The notes under the pieces: model-generated
The model's database searches: none
Told to the model about the DNA's origin: nothing
Seen by the model: only the letters and a program-made list of their open reading frames with translations
Part shown: positions 33,806 through 42,132 of the stretch, one piece after another
Layout of the letters: each line of letters begins with the position of its first letter
Numbering within the stretch: the stretch's first letter is position 1
Origin: an uncultured SAR86 cluster bacterium
Lineage (GTDB): Bacteria > Pseudomonadota > Gammaproteobacteria > Magnimaribacterales > AG-339-G14
NCBI GenBank assembly: GCA_902632605.1
Contig: CACPDB010000001.1
Span: forward strand, 137,090 to 201,089
DNA: 64,000 nt
Direction: 5' to 3'
Program-made: the position numbers and the translations under genes

Positions 33806-36175
33806 TTAAGGAGTGCTTTTGGAAAGTTCTTTCAACCAATTTGGCTCTAAAAACTTATTGGCATCTTTCTCTAATCGTTGAGTGATTCTTGTGGGATAAA
33901 GCATTCCCTTGTCATCCTCACGGACATATTTATTTTCTATTAAGCGACTTAAGAAAACATCAAACATCCACTTTTCAGAAAATTCCGGAGTCAGTCTTGC
34001 TTGAGTTTTTTCTAAATTTTTAAGTATTTCTAGTGAATTTCTTTCCAGTTCATTTTTTGAAATATGCTCGACTGAATTTTTCCATAATTGAGAAATCAGA
34101 ACGTAAAACCTATCAATGGATGGTTGAACAAGTCTTCCCAGAGATTGGGTTTCATAAAACTCTTTTGATTTGAAATCAGGTCTTTTAAAAACATTGGAAT
34201 CTTCAAGAATGAGGTTTTTATTTATAAGTTTGTTTAGCTTTAATTTAATTAATTCATCCAAATCAGCCTCATTCCATTTAAGAAAGAATTCTTCTTTTAA
34301 AAACGGATAAATCATTTTTATAGACTGCAATAAATCCTCTTTTACGATTTCTTTTTGGTACTGAAAAAATCCGCATATAAGTGATTCAAAAATAAGCAAG
34401 TGAGAAATATTATTTCTATAAAAGCTAAGCTTAGCCGCCTCTAAATTTGTCAAAGAAATTCTATCGTTTATATTTTCCTTAGAAAGGAAACCCAAATTTC
34501 TCATTTGATTAATTATTTCTTCTCCAGTTTTTTCACAAATCAAAGTTTTAGAAGAATATTTATCCTCTTCAAGCAAAGACTTCAATAATTCAATTCTTGA
34601 AATAAGTTCTTGTTTTGAGATAGAGAAACCATCACTATTTAAAATTGCCAAGGAAAACAATGCGGTAGAGGTTACAACAGTTGAGTCGTTGATATTTGTC
34701 ATGATTTTTTTACCCAGAACTGGAGTAACTTTGAAAAGCCAATCCTTCTCAGATGAATAGTCACTCAGCGGATATTCATCTAGAAGGGTATTCAAATTTA
34801 TAGGATCTCCAAATTGTAAATATGCTTCTCCAAGATAATTTCTAAAATCTCTAAATACCGAAAAAATATCTTTTAAATTTTCTTTTTTCTTCTCTGCTCC
34901 CATTACTTCATTGATATAAGAATTTCCTTCAAGTACTTTTTCATAGTTAATAGAAATTGGTACGAAACTAACCTGTTTTTCATCCATACCCAAGAAAGAT
35001 CTAAGAATCATCGAAATAATTCCAGGTCTTGGGGGCATTAATTTTCCTGACCTAGATCGACCTCCTTCAGGAAAAAATTCTATCGAATGTCCCCTTTGCA
35101 TTAACTTTCTTAGATGCTCATAAAACACTACAGAGTAAAGACGATTGTTGCTAAAAGAACGCCTCATAAAAAAAGCACCTCCTTTTCTCAAAAGTGGACC
35201 TACCAGCGGTAGGTTTAAATTTTTACCAGCAACGATCTGAGGTAGCATCAAGTCTTTGTAGTAAAGCAAATAAGATAAAGCCAGGTAGTCTATATGAGAG
35301 CGATGACAAGGGGAAAAAATTAGAGAGGTGCTGGGTGCAATTTTTCTAATTTCTTCAAAATTCAATACTTCCAAATTTTCATATCTAGAATTCCAAAACC
35401 AAGTTAGGGCTCTATCGTAAAGATAGATAAATGGATAAGACATATCTGAGCAAATTTCCCATACATATTTGATAGCTTTTTTTCTTAGTTTAGCTACTTT
35501 TTTCTGATTGCCTTCAGATTCAGATTCAATATAACTTTTAAGAGAATTAGAATTGAGAATGCTGGTCACCAACGTTCTTCTATTGGAAATATCTGGTCCC
35601 AAATGAGCTTTTCGATTTTGTCTGAATCTAGCTCTTAGAAGTCTTTCAGTTTTTAAGACAAGATTTTTATCCGACTCAGGACTATTAAAAATACCATCTA
35701 CTTCAAGCGGTTTGTGAAAAAATATTTTCACATTTCTGCCATTAAAAAATAGTTTGAATAAGTTTCTGATAAAACTGGTTCCCTCCCAAGATTCTCTAAA
35801 TAAAAGCTTTAGCCAGTTGTCTTGTCGCTCGGGAGATTTTCCCCAAAAAACGTCTACCGGAATGATGATAGCTTTTTTTGAAAAATTTCTGTTTTCAGCA
35901 AGGATGCTCAATTCTTTTGGATGCATTCTTTTTGGAGTCTGCCAGGGAAATTTTCTTTTTGGATTTCTTATTTGAAAATAATTTTTCTTAATTGGAGATT
36001 TTTCATTTTTTAATTCAAGTTCAGTGAAATTATTTTGCTTAATAAGGATTTTTAAAGCTTGAAAATCTATTCTTGAGGTTGAGGAAAGCGCATAGATAAT
36101 GTCTTTATTTCTCAAGAGTAATTCAGTTTTTTTCGATTCACACTCGTGATTAGCTTTGATTAGATAATTAAACAT
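33806..36175 (-). CDS. plsB: Glycerol-3-phosphate acyltransferase
   Basis: HRSHIDY, AGKNL, GAFFMRR, FFPEGGRSRSG. Confidence 0.92.
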   Translation of the reverse strand: MFNYLIKANHECESKKTELLLRNKDIIYALSSTSRIDFQALKILIKQNNFTELELKNEKSPIKKNYFQIRNPKRKFPWQTPKRMHPKELSILAENRNFSKKAIIIPVDVFWGKSPERQDNWLKLLFRESWEGTSFIRNLFKLFFNGRNVKIFFHKPLEVDGIFNSPESDKNLVLKTERLLRARFRQNRKAHLGPDISNRRTLVTSILNSNSLKSYIESESEGNQKKVAKLRKKAIKYVWEICSDMSYPFIYLYDRALTWFWNSRYENLEVLNFEEIRKIAPSTSLIFSPCHRSHIDYLALSYLLYYKDLMLPQIVAGKNLNLPLVGPLLRKGGAFFMRRSFSNNRLYSVVFYEHLRKLMQRGHSIEFFPEGGRSRSGKLMPPRPGIISMILRSFLGMDEKQVSFVPISINYEKVLEGNSYINEVMGAEKKKENLKDIFSVFRDFRNYLGEAYLQFGDPINLNTLLDEYPLSDYSSEKDWLFKVTPVLGKKIMTNINDSTVVTSTALFSLAILNSDGFSISKQELISRIELLKSLLEEDKYSSKTLICEKTGEEIINQMRNLGFLSKENINDRISLTNLEAAKLSFYRNNISHLLIFESLICGFFQYQKEIVKEDLLQSIKMIYPFLKEEFFLKWNEADLDELIKLKLNKLINKNLILEDSNVFKRPDFKSKEFYETQSLGRLVQPSIDRFYVLISQLWKNSVEHISKNELERNSLEILKNLEKTQARLTPEFSEKWMFDVFLSRLIENKYVREDDKGMLYPTRITQRLEKDANKFLEPNWLKELSKSTP

Positions 36176-36260
36176 TAGAAGTCATTCCTTCTTTATAGTG
36201 ATAAGATGCGAATTTTAACAAAACAAATCTTATTTTTTTTGAATTTTACCTTGTAATATA

Positions 36261-36346
36261 GCCGGAGTGGCGGAATTGGTAGACGCGTTCGATTCAAAAT
36301 CGAGTGCCCACAAGGCGTGAGAGTTCGAGTCTCTCCTCCGGCACCA
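36261..36346 (+). tRNA. tRNA-Leu(CAA)
   Basis: GCCGGAG acceptor stem, anticodon arm TTCGA-TT-CAA-AA-TCGAG, long variable arm, GTTCGAG, CCA end. Confidence 0.95.
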
Positions 36347-36360
36347 TAGGAGAAATAAAT

Positions 36361-36675
36361 ATGAAAGAAACTGAAATAATTATGGCACAGCAAGCTCCAA
36401 GCTTTTTTGGTCCACAATTAATTTTATTAATTGGTTTTGTCGCCATTATGTATTTTTTAATCATCAGACCACAAAACAAGAGGCTTAAAGCTCAGAAAGA
36501 AATGATTGAATCTCTTGCTGTGGGAGACGAAGTAATTGCTTCGGGCGGCATGGTCTGCGTTATTACAAAAATGAATGATGACTTCTTAACTGTACGAGCA
36601 AATGACACAGTTCTTACAATCCAGCGAGAATCTGTAAGTAACGTTTTACCCAAAGGAACAATTAAATCTCTCTAA
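36361..36675 (+). CDS. yajC: Preprotein translocase subunit YajC
   Basis: YFLIIRPQ.KR, GDEV...GG, LPKGTIKSL. AGGAG RBS lies before ATG 36361; a second ATG at 36382 is possible. Confidence 0.93.
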   Translation: MKETEIIMAQQAPSFFGPQLILLIGFVAIMYFLIIRPQNKRLKAQKEMIESLAVGDEVIASGGMVCVITKMNDDFLTVRANDTVLTIQRESVSNVLPKGTIKSL

Positions 36676-36678
36676 AAA

Positions 36679-38502
36679 GTGCTCAGATTTCAACCTTGGA
36701 AAATAATAACTATCTTGGTTGTCATTACAATTGGCATAACATATGCGCTTCCTAATCTTTATCCGCCAAGTCCCGCAGTACAAATTTCAATAGATAGCAT
36801 TGAGGGAAAAATTCCAAACAAAGTAGTTGAAAAAATATCTCAACAAGTAGCCGATACCGGATTATCTTCATATGCATTTAAGTTCTCTGATAATAATGAA
36901 GGTTTTGATTCCATTGTTTTCCCAACTGATAATTATCAAGATCAACTTCGCCTAAAAGAATTTTTGGATGGAACGTTAGATCCAGAATTTGTAGTTGCCT
37001 TGAACCTCGCATCAAACACTCCTCAGTGGCTGTGGAATATAGGCGCCTCTCCAATGAAATTAGGACTAGATTTAAGAGGAGGAGTTCATTTTTTAATGGA
37101 AGTAGACTCGGACCTACTAATTTCTACTCGTTTAGAGTCTTATCTAGCAGATATTAAAAGAAAACTTAGAGAAGAACGTATCAGCATCAGTCGTTCAGAG
37201 ATTTCTGATAAGAAGATATTTTTTACTACAAGAACCGAAGCTTCAGAAGAACTAGATGATTATTTTAAAAGTAATATTGATCTTGAATATAGCAAGCAGG
37301 GTAGTAATCAATATCTAGTTAAATATAACGAGCAAGGCCTTAGTGATTTGATTGATTATGCTGTTTCGCAAAATTTAGAAACTCTTAGAAATAGAGTTAA
37401 CGAATTAGGAATTTCTGAGCCTGTGGTTGTTCGTCAGGGTAAAAATAGAATTTCAGTTCAACTTCCAGGAGTCCAAGATACTGCGGAAGCTAAAAAAATG
37501 ATAGGCAAGACAGCGAATTTAGAATTTAGACTCGAAGCAGAATCAAACAGCTTGTCTTCTAGAACAGACCTTTTTGATTTTTCCGGTCAACGTATTAGAT
37601 TATTAAAGCAAGTTATCACCACTGGCGACAAAGTGGCTGATGCAAGTGTTGGTTATGATGAAAATGGCTTCCCACAAGTAAATATATCTTTAGACGGCGA
37701 GGGCGGTACAAAAATGCACCGCTCTACAAGAAATAATGTTGGTAGAAAGATGGCAGTCATTTTTGTTGAGCGAAAAATTAAGACTTCCAATAATGGCGAT
37801 GAGATTGAAAGCTATTTCGATAAAAGGGTCATAAGCTTCGCTACTATACAATCTGCTTTAGCAAATCAATTTAGAATTACAGGTTTAGATAGCCCTAATG
37901 CAGCATCAGAGTTAGCGTTTTTACTAAGAGCTGGCGCTTTAGCCGCCCCAATGAATTTTGTTGAAGAGGGTACCGTTGGGCCTTCCTTGGGTGCAGATAA
38001 TATAAGAGTCGGTGTGCAGTCATTAATGCTTGGTCTTTTCTTGGTTTTGGTATTCATGATTTTCTATTACAAGGTTTTTGGATTAATTGCCAACATAGCA
38101 GTAGCCTTAAATATCGTTCTTATCAGTGCAGTCATGTCCATTTTATCAGCTACTTTAACGTTACCCGGTATTGCCGGCATTGTTCTGACTATTGGAATGG
38201 CAGTAGACGCGAATGTCTTAATTTTTTCTAGAATCAAGGAAGAATTGAAAAATAGACTAAAGCCACTAGATGCCATCAACGCAGGATATGATAGGGCTTA
38301 TATCACCATTGTTGATGCAAATTTAACTACTTTGCTTGTTGCTTTGATTCTTTACATTATTGGCACAGGACCAGTAAAAGGATTTGCAATCACTTTATCT
38401 GTTGGAATTTTAACTTCAATGTTTACAGCAATTTTAGTAACAAGATCTTTAGTCTGGTTGATTTACAGAAATCGAAAAAATATAGACTCACTATGGATTT
38501 AA
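36679..38502 (+). CDS. secD: Protein translocase subunit SecD
   Basis: LGLDLRGGVHF, RVNELG, LRAGAL, GMAVDANV. Confidence 0.96.
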   Translation: MLRFQPWKIITILVVITIGITYALPNLYPPSPAVQISIDSIEGKIPNKVVEKISQQVADTGLSSYAFKFSDNNEGFDSIVFPTDNYQDQLRLKEFLDGTLDPEFVVALNLASNTPQWLWNIGASPMKLGLDLRGGVHFLMEVDSDLLISTRLESYLADIKRKLREERISISRSEISDKKIFFTTRTEASEELDDYFKSNIDLEYSKQGSNQYLVKYNEQGLSDLIDYAVSQNLETLRNRVNELGISEPVVVRQGKNRISVQLPGVQDTAEAKKMIGKTANLEFRLEAESNSLSSRTDLFDFSGQRIRLLKQVITTGDKVADASVGYDENGFPQVNISLDGEGGTKMHRSTRNNVGRKMAVIFVERKIKTSNNGDEIESYFDKRVISFATIQSALANQFRITGLDSPNAASELAFLLRAGALAAPMNFVEEGTVGPSLGADNIRVGVQSLMLGLFLVLVFMIFYYKVFGLIANIAVALNIVLISAVMSILSATLTLPGIAGIVLTIGMAVDANVLIFSRIKEELKNRLKPLDAINAGYDRAYITIVDANLTTLLVALILYIIGTGPVKGFAITLSVGILTSMFTAILVTRSLVWLIYRNRKNIDSLWI

Positions 38503-38503
38503 G

Positions 38504-39403
38504 ATGCAAATAAATTTTATGAAGCCAAGAAAGATAGCATCAGTACTATCCATTATTCTTATCTTGATTTCTATTTTTTCACTTGCGTTTAGAGGTTTGA
38601 ATGCGGGTTTAGATTTTACCGGTGGGACACTGATTGAAATAAGATTATCTGAGCCGACAAATTTAGAAGATATGAGAGAAGTTTTAGGTTCTAAAATGGA
38701 TGAAGATTTTCAAGTTTCATATTTTGGTTCTGAACAAGATGTGATCATAAAAATTCCTGGAGGATCAGAAAATAATCTTTCAAATGAAATTATCTCTTCA
38801 CTTAATGAAGTATTCACATTTGATCTTAGACGAAAGGATTTTATTGGTCCGCAAATTGGAGAAGAGCTTAGAGATCAAGGTGGCTTGGGTATTTTAGCTG
38901 CTATGTTGGTAATGATGGTCTACATCATGTTTAGATTTCAATTCAAGTTTGCCATCGGCGCTCTCTTGGCTCTCGTTCATGATGTTTTAATAGTATTGGG
39001 CTTTTTCTCAATTTTTTATATCGGTTTTAACTTGACGGTACTAGCAGCCGTATTGGCAGTTATCGGTTATTCCCTTAATGACACAATAGTAGTTTCAGAC
39101 CGAATTAGAGAGAATTATCGTAAGAAGAGAAAATCAGACAATGTAGATGTCATCAACAGATCTCTAAATCAGATGTTAGGAAGAACTTTAATTACATCTT
39201 TAACTACTTTGTTGGTTTTATTTGCACTGCTAGTTTTAGGCGGTGATTTCATTCAGAATTTTGCAATTGCTTTGATATGCGGTGTCATTGTAGGTACTTA
39301 TTCATCAATTTACGTTCTTTGTAATAATTTAATTTTTATGAATTTAAATTTTGAAGATCTAGCTATCAAAAAGAGCGAAACTTACGATGACGGCATGCCT
39401 TAA
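38504..39403 (+). CDS. secF: Protein translocase subunit SecF
   Basis: GLDFTGG, HDV, GYSLNDTIVV.DRIRE, GTYSS. Confidence 0.96.
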   Translation: MQINFMKPRKIASVLSIILILISIFSLAFRGLNAGLDFTGGTLIEIRLSEPTNLEDMREVLGSKMDEDFQVSYFGSEQDVIIKIPGGSENNLSNEIISSLNEVFTFDLRRKDFIGPQIGEELRDQGGLGILAAMLVMMVYIMFRFQFKFAIGALLALVHDVLIVLGFFSIFYIGFNLTVLAAVLAVIGYSLNDTIVVSDRIRENYRKKRKSDNVDVINRSLNQMLGRTLITSLTTLLVLFALLVLGGDFIQNFAIALICGVIVGTYSSIYVLCNNLIFMNLNFEDLAIKKSETYDDGMP

Positions 39404-39435
39404 AAAAAAGGGAGGTTCGAAGACCTCCCTTTTTT
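39403..39435. terminator. Bidirectional intrinsic terminator
   Basis: A-tract, GGGAGGT-tcgaag-ACCTCCC, T-tract. Shared by secF and the minus-strand peptide cassette. Confidence 0.9.
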
Positions 39436-39438
39436 GTT

Positions 39439-39531
39439 CTAAAACAAAAATAAAATCAATACAGTAGAGATTAAGAATAATCCAATTACTGCGTCGATTT
39501 TACCAAGCTTTTGATGTCTTACTTTATACAT
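39439..39531 (-). CDS. 30-aa single-TM microprotein (not in ORF track)
   Basis: MYKVRHQKLGKIDAVIGLFLISTVLILFLF*. ATG overlaps the end of the YRG peptide and the stop abuts the terminator. Confidence 0.55.
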   Translation of the reverse strand: MYKVRHQKLGKIDAVIGLFLISTVLILFLF

Positions 39532-39691
39532 CTCTAACACCGCGATACCATTTAGGATAAACAGTAGTAGATTTCTTTTTGTTTTCAGACACTATAGCAT
39601 CATGTCTTATTCCACGGTAAATGCCAGAAGAAATAACTTTTTGTTCCTTCGCAACATTTTGTGGAGTTTGTTTGATACCTCTGTAGTACAT
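39524..39691 (-). CDS. 55-aa basic YRG-repeat peptide (DUF4278-like; not in ORF track)
   Basis: GGAGG RBS. MYYRGIKQTPQNVAKEQKVISSGIYRGIRHDAIVSENKKKSTTVYPKWYRGVRDV*, with three YRG[IV] motifs, downstream of a glutamine riboswitch. Confidence 0.85.
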   Translation of the reverse strand: MYYRGIKQTPQNVAKEQKVISSGIYRGIRHDAIVSENKKKSTTVYPKWYRGVRDV

Positions 39692-39755
39692 CGGTTTGAC
39701 CTCCAGTTTTCGTTTCGATTTCGTACATACGCTTCCCAGCGTACACCCTTCTCAA

Positions 39756-39884
39756 CGCGTTCCTTCAGTAAAACTTTCGGTCTCGTTCCCCTTACGGGTA
39801 CTTGCTTACCTATCTTTTAGATAGAGGTTTTCAGGTTTTCCTACTTCCGTTCAATGCACTAAAAAAGTGCATTGAATGAACGAT
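39756..39884 (-). promoter_or_regulatory. Glutamine-I riboswitch (glnA RNA motif) with expanded P3
   Basis: AUCGUUCA-[P2 UUCAAUGCAC/GUGCAUUGAA]-CGGAAGUAG-[P3]-CUGAAGGAACGCG. All conserved glnA-motif blocks are present in order. Confidence 0.85.
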
Positions 39885-39892
39885 TTAAGTGC

Positions 39893-39922
39893 ATTTTATC
39901 AAAAATAATAAAGGACTGTAAA
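39893..39922 (-). promoter_or_regulatory. Sigma70 promoter for the riboswitch cassette
   Basis: TTTACA, about 18 bp spacer, extended -10 TGaTAAAAT. Predicted start falls at the riboswitch 5' end. Confidence 0.6.
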
Positions 39923-39927
39923 CTTTT

Positions 39928-40719
39928 TTAAATAAAAGATTTTTTTATCTCTTTGTTTATGGCTTTAACACATGACATGTTGCCAGCAACAATATTATGG
40001 GACAGTAATACGTTTTCTTCACCATTAAAATCATTGACGAAGCCTCCAGCTTCCATTACCAACAATGCACCTGCAGCAAAGTCCCACACTTTCATACCAT
40101 ATCCTAAAAATGCATCTAACTTTCCCGAAGCCACAAAAGCCAAATCTAATGCTGTTGATCCAGTTCTTCTTAAAGTCAAAGAGTTTGAATAAAGATTTCT
40201 TATTAAAGTAAGTTGATCAAATTTTGGTTCAAGATTGGGACCGCCATGAAAAGAATTACATATCAATGAGTTTTTTAAACCTTTTATTTCTGAAACTCTT
40301 ATGCGAGTTTTATTCAGAAAAGCTCCTTTTCCTTTTGAAGCATAATATTCATCATCTCTTGAAAGATCGTATATTAATCCATGTTCTATTGAGCCTTTAT
40401 GGAAACAAGCAATTGAAATTGAGTAAAAGGGAAAATCATGAATGAAGTTTGTGGTTCCATCCAAAGGATCGATAACCCAATGATAATCAGCATTCTGATT
40501 ACCCTGGCGACCAGACTCCTCTCCCTCAAAAGAATGATCAGGAAAAGATGTCTTTAAGGTATCGATGATTATGTTCTCTGCAATACTATCAACTTGGGTA
40601 ACAAAATCAGTTGGTCCTTTTTCAAAAACATTAATTTTGTCTCTACGGCGAGAAAATTTATGAATTTCCTTTGCTGCAAGTCTTGCGGCGTTAATAGCAA
40701 TAGTAACTTTTGGTTCCAT
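39928..40719 (-). CDS. suhB: Inositol monophosphatase / Nus factor SuhB
   Basis: DFVTQVD, GEE, WVIDPLDGTTNF, RRTGS.ALD, WDFAAG. Confidence 0.93.
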   Translation of the reverse strand: MEPKVTIAINAARLAAKEIHKFSRRRDKINVFEKGPTDFVTQVDSIAENIIIDTLKTSFPDHSFEGEESGRQGNQNADYHWVIDPLDGTTNFIHDFPFYSISIACFHKGSIEHGLIYDLSRDDEYYASKGKGAFLNKTRIRVSEIKGLKNSLICNSFHGGPNLEPKFDQLTLIRNLYSNSLTLRRTGSTALDLAFVASGKLDAFLGYGMKVWDFAAGALLVMEAGGFVNDFNGEENVLLSHNIVAGNMSCVKAINKEIKKSFI

Positions 40720-40754
40720 GGTTTTTTTTAAGGAAAGAATTGTAAACTATATAG

Positions 40755-41498
40755 GTGCTTGATTCTTCACTTAAAAATAAATTTGAATTCATCTTGGTTG
40801 AACCTTCTCATCCCGGAAATATTGGAGCTACTGCTAGAGCGATTAAAAATATGGGGTTTCATAATCTTTCTTTGGTCAATCCAAAAGATTTTCCTAATGA
40901 TGATGCCCTCTATAGAGCTAAAGGTGCAAAAGATATTTTAGATAACGTAAAAGTTTATGATGATTTATCAAGTCCTTTAGAAGACGCCACCTTGATCTTT
41001 GGTACCAGCGCAAGAACTAGAACTATTCCATGGCCAACAAAGACTTCATCAGAACTTGGCACTGTCTTAAAAAAAACCTTAGAAAGTTCGAATGCAAAAA
41101 TTTGCTTTGTCTTTGGAAGGGAAATCAGCGGTTTAAGTAACGAAGAACTTCAAATGTGTGATTATCATATAAAGATTCCTACTGATGAGGATTTTTCATC
41201 TATAAATTTATCTCATGCAGTTCAAATTATTTCTTACGTACTCAAAATGGAATTAGATAGCATTGACTCAACTCAAGAAATTAAAGACGAAACTCCAACG
41301 TTTCAAGATAATGAATATTTAATTGATCATTTCGATAAAGTCATGAGGCAAATAGATTTTTATGATCAAGAAAATCCAAAGCAAGTAAAAACAAGAATGC
41401 GAAGACTCATTAAACGTCTTCAACCTGATAAATTAGAAACGGGTATCCTTAGAGGATTTTTAGCTAAAATTGAACAAATACTTAACAAAAAAAATTAG
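40755..41498 (+). CDS. trmJ: tRNA (C32/U32) 2'-O-methyltransferase
   Basis: HPGNIGATARA, FGRE..GL.NEE, SINL.HAV. Divergent from suhB. Confidence 0.9.
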   Translation: MLDSSLKNKFEFILVEPSHPGNIGATARAIKNMGFHNLSLVNPKDFPNDDALYRAKGAKDILDNVKVYDDLSSPLEDATLIFGTSARTRTIPWPTKTSSELGTVLKKTLESSNAKICFVFGREISGLSNEELQMCDYHIKIPTDEDFSSINLSHAVQIISYVLKMELDSIDSTQEIKDETPTFQDNEYLIDHFDKVMRQIDFYDQENPKQVKTRMRRLIKRLQPDKLETGILRGFLAKIEQILNKKN

Positions 41499-41523
41499 TC
41501 TGATAAAATCACCTTCCTTCAGT

Positions 41524-41598
41524 GTCCCCTTCGTCTAGCGGTTAGGACACCGGGTTTTCATCTCGGCAACAGGGGTTCGATCCCCCTAGGGGACGCCA
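41524..41598 (+). tRNA. tRNA-Glu(TTC)
   Basis: GTCCCCT...anticodon arm CCGGG-TT-TTC-AT-CTCGG...GGTTCGA...GGGGACGCCA. Confidence 0.95.
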
Positions 41599-41626
41599 AG
41601 AATTCTCTTGGCAAATACATCTGTTT

Positions 41627-41685
41627 TGCTATTTCTTAGTGCAAATAAATTTTTTAAATATCCATTTTTGAATAGTTTTAGTGCA
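41627..41685. promoter_or_regulatory. Two NtrC-like boxes upstream of glnK
   Basis: TGCTATTTCTTAGTGCA (41627-41643) and TGAATAGTTTTAGTGCA (41669-41685), 17-bp variants of TGCAC-N7-GTGCA, 42 bp apart. Confidence 0.6.
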
Positions 41686-41775
41686 AAAATCCATATTTTT
41701 GACTATTTGGCTTCAAAATTTGCTGATTTACAACGCTCTATAATTGCTCAAATTAATCTTTAATTAGGTGAAGAT

Positions 41776-42132
41776 ATGAAACTTTTAACAATAATAATAA
41801 AGCCTTCCAGATCTGATGGAGTTAGGCGGGCTTTATCAACCATTGGTACTGGTGGAGCTACTATAATTTCTGCTCAAGGTTTTGGGACTCAAAAAGGGCA
41901 TTCCGAAACTTACCGTGGAGCTAGTTATGAAGTAGATACAAAACCTAAAACGATGTTCCAAGTAGCTTGCAAAGACGATGACGTCGAAAACATCATTCAA
42001 GCCGTGCGAGAAGTCGCTAATACCGGCGAGATTGGTGATGGCAAGATTTTTGTAACAGAACTTAACGATGTTGTTCGCATCAGGACAGGTGAAACTGGTG
42101 AGGACGCTATAAAGGAGAATAGCAATGAGTGA
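41776..42132 (+). CDS. glnK: PII nitrogen regulatory protein GlnK
   Basis: GFG.QKGH.E.YRGA.Y T-loop, TGEIGDGKIFV, RIRTGE. Overlaps the amtB start. Confidence 0.93.
   Translation: MKLLTIIIKPSRSDGVRRALSTIGTGGATIISAQGFGTQKGHSETYRGASYEVDTKPKTMFQVACKDDDVENIIQAVREVANTGEIGDGKIFVTELNDVVRIRTGETGEDAIKENSNE

Noticed and set aside
36193-36479. Short ORFs overlapping tRNA-Leu, and the extended yajC start at 36304
   Set aside because: They overlap a canonical tRNA. yajC has its own RBS after the CCA.
39602-39820. 72-aa plus-strand ORF from the track
   Set aside because: It is antisense to the riboswitch and YRG peptide, which have an RBS, motifs and a terminator. It is a shadow ORF.
41708-41724. Sigma54-like promoter TGGC...TTGC upstream of glnK
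   Set aside because: GG and GC are separated by 11 nt rather than the strict 10, so it was not called.
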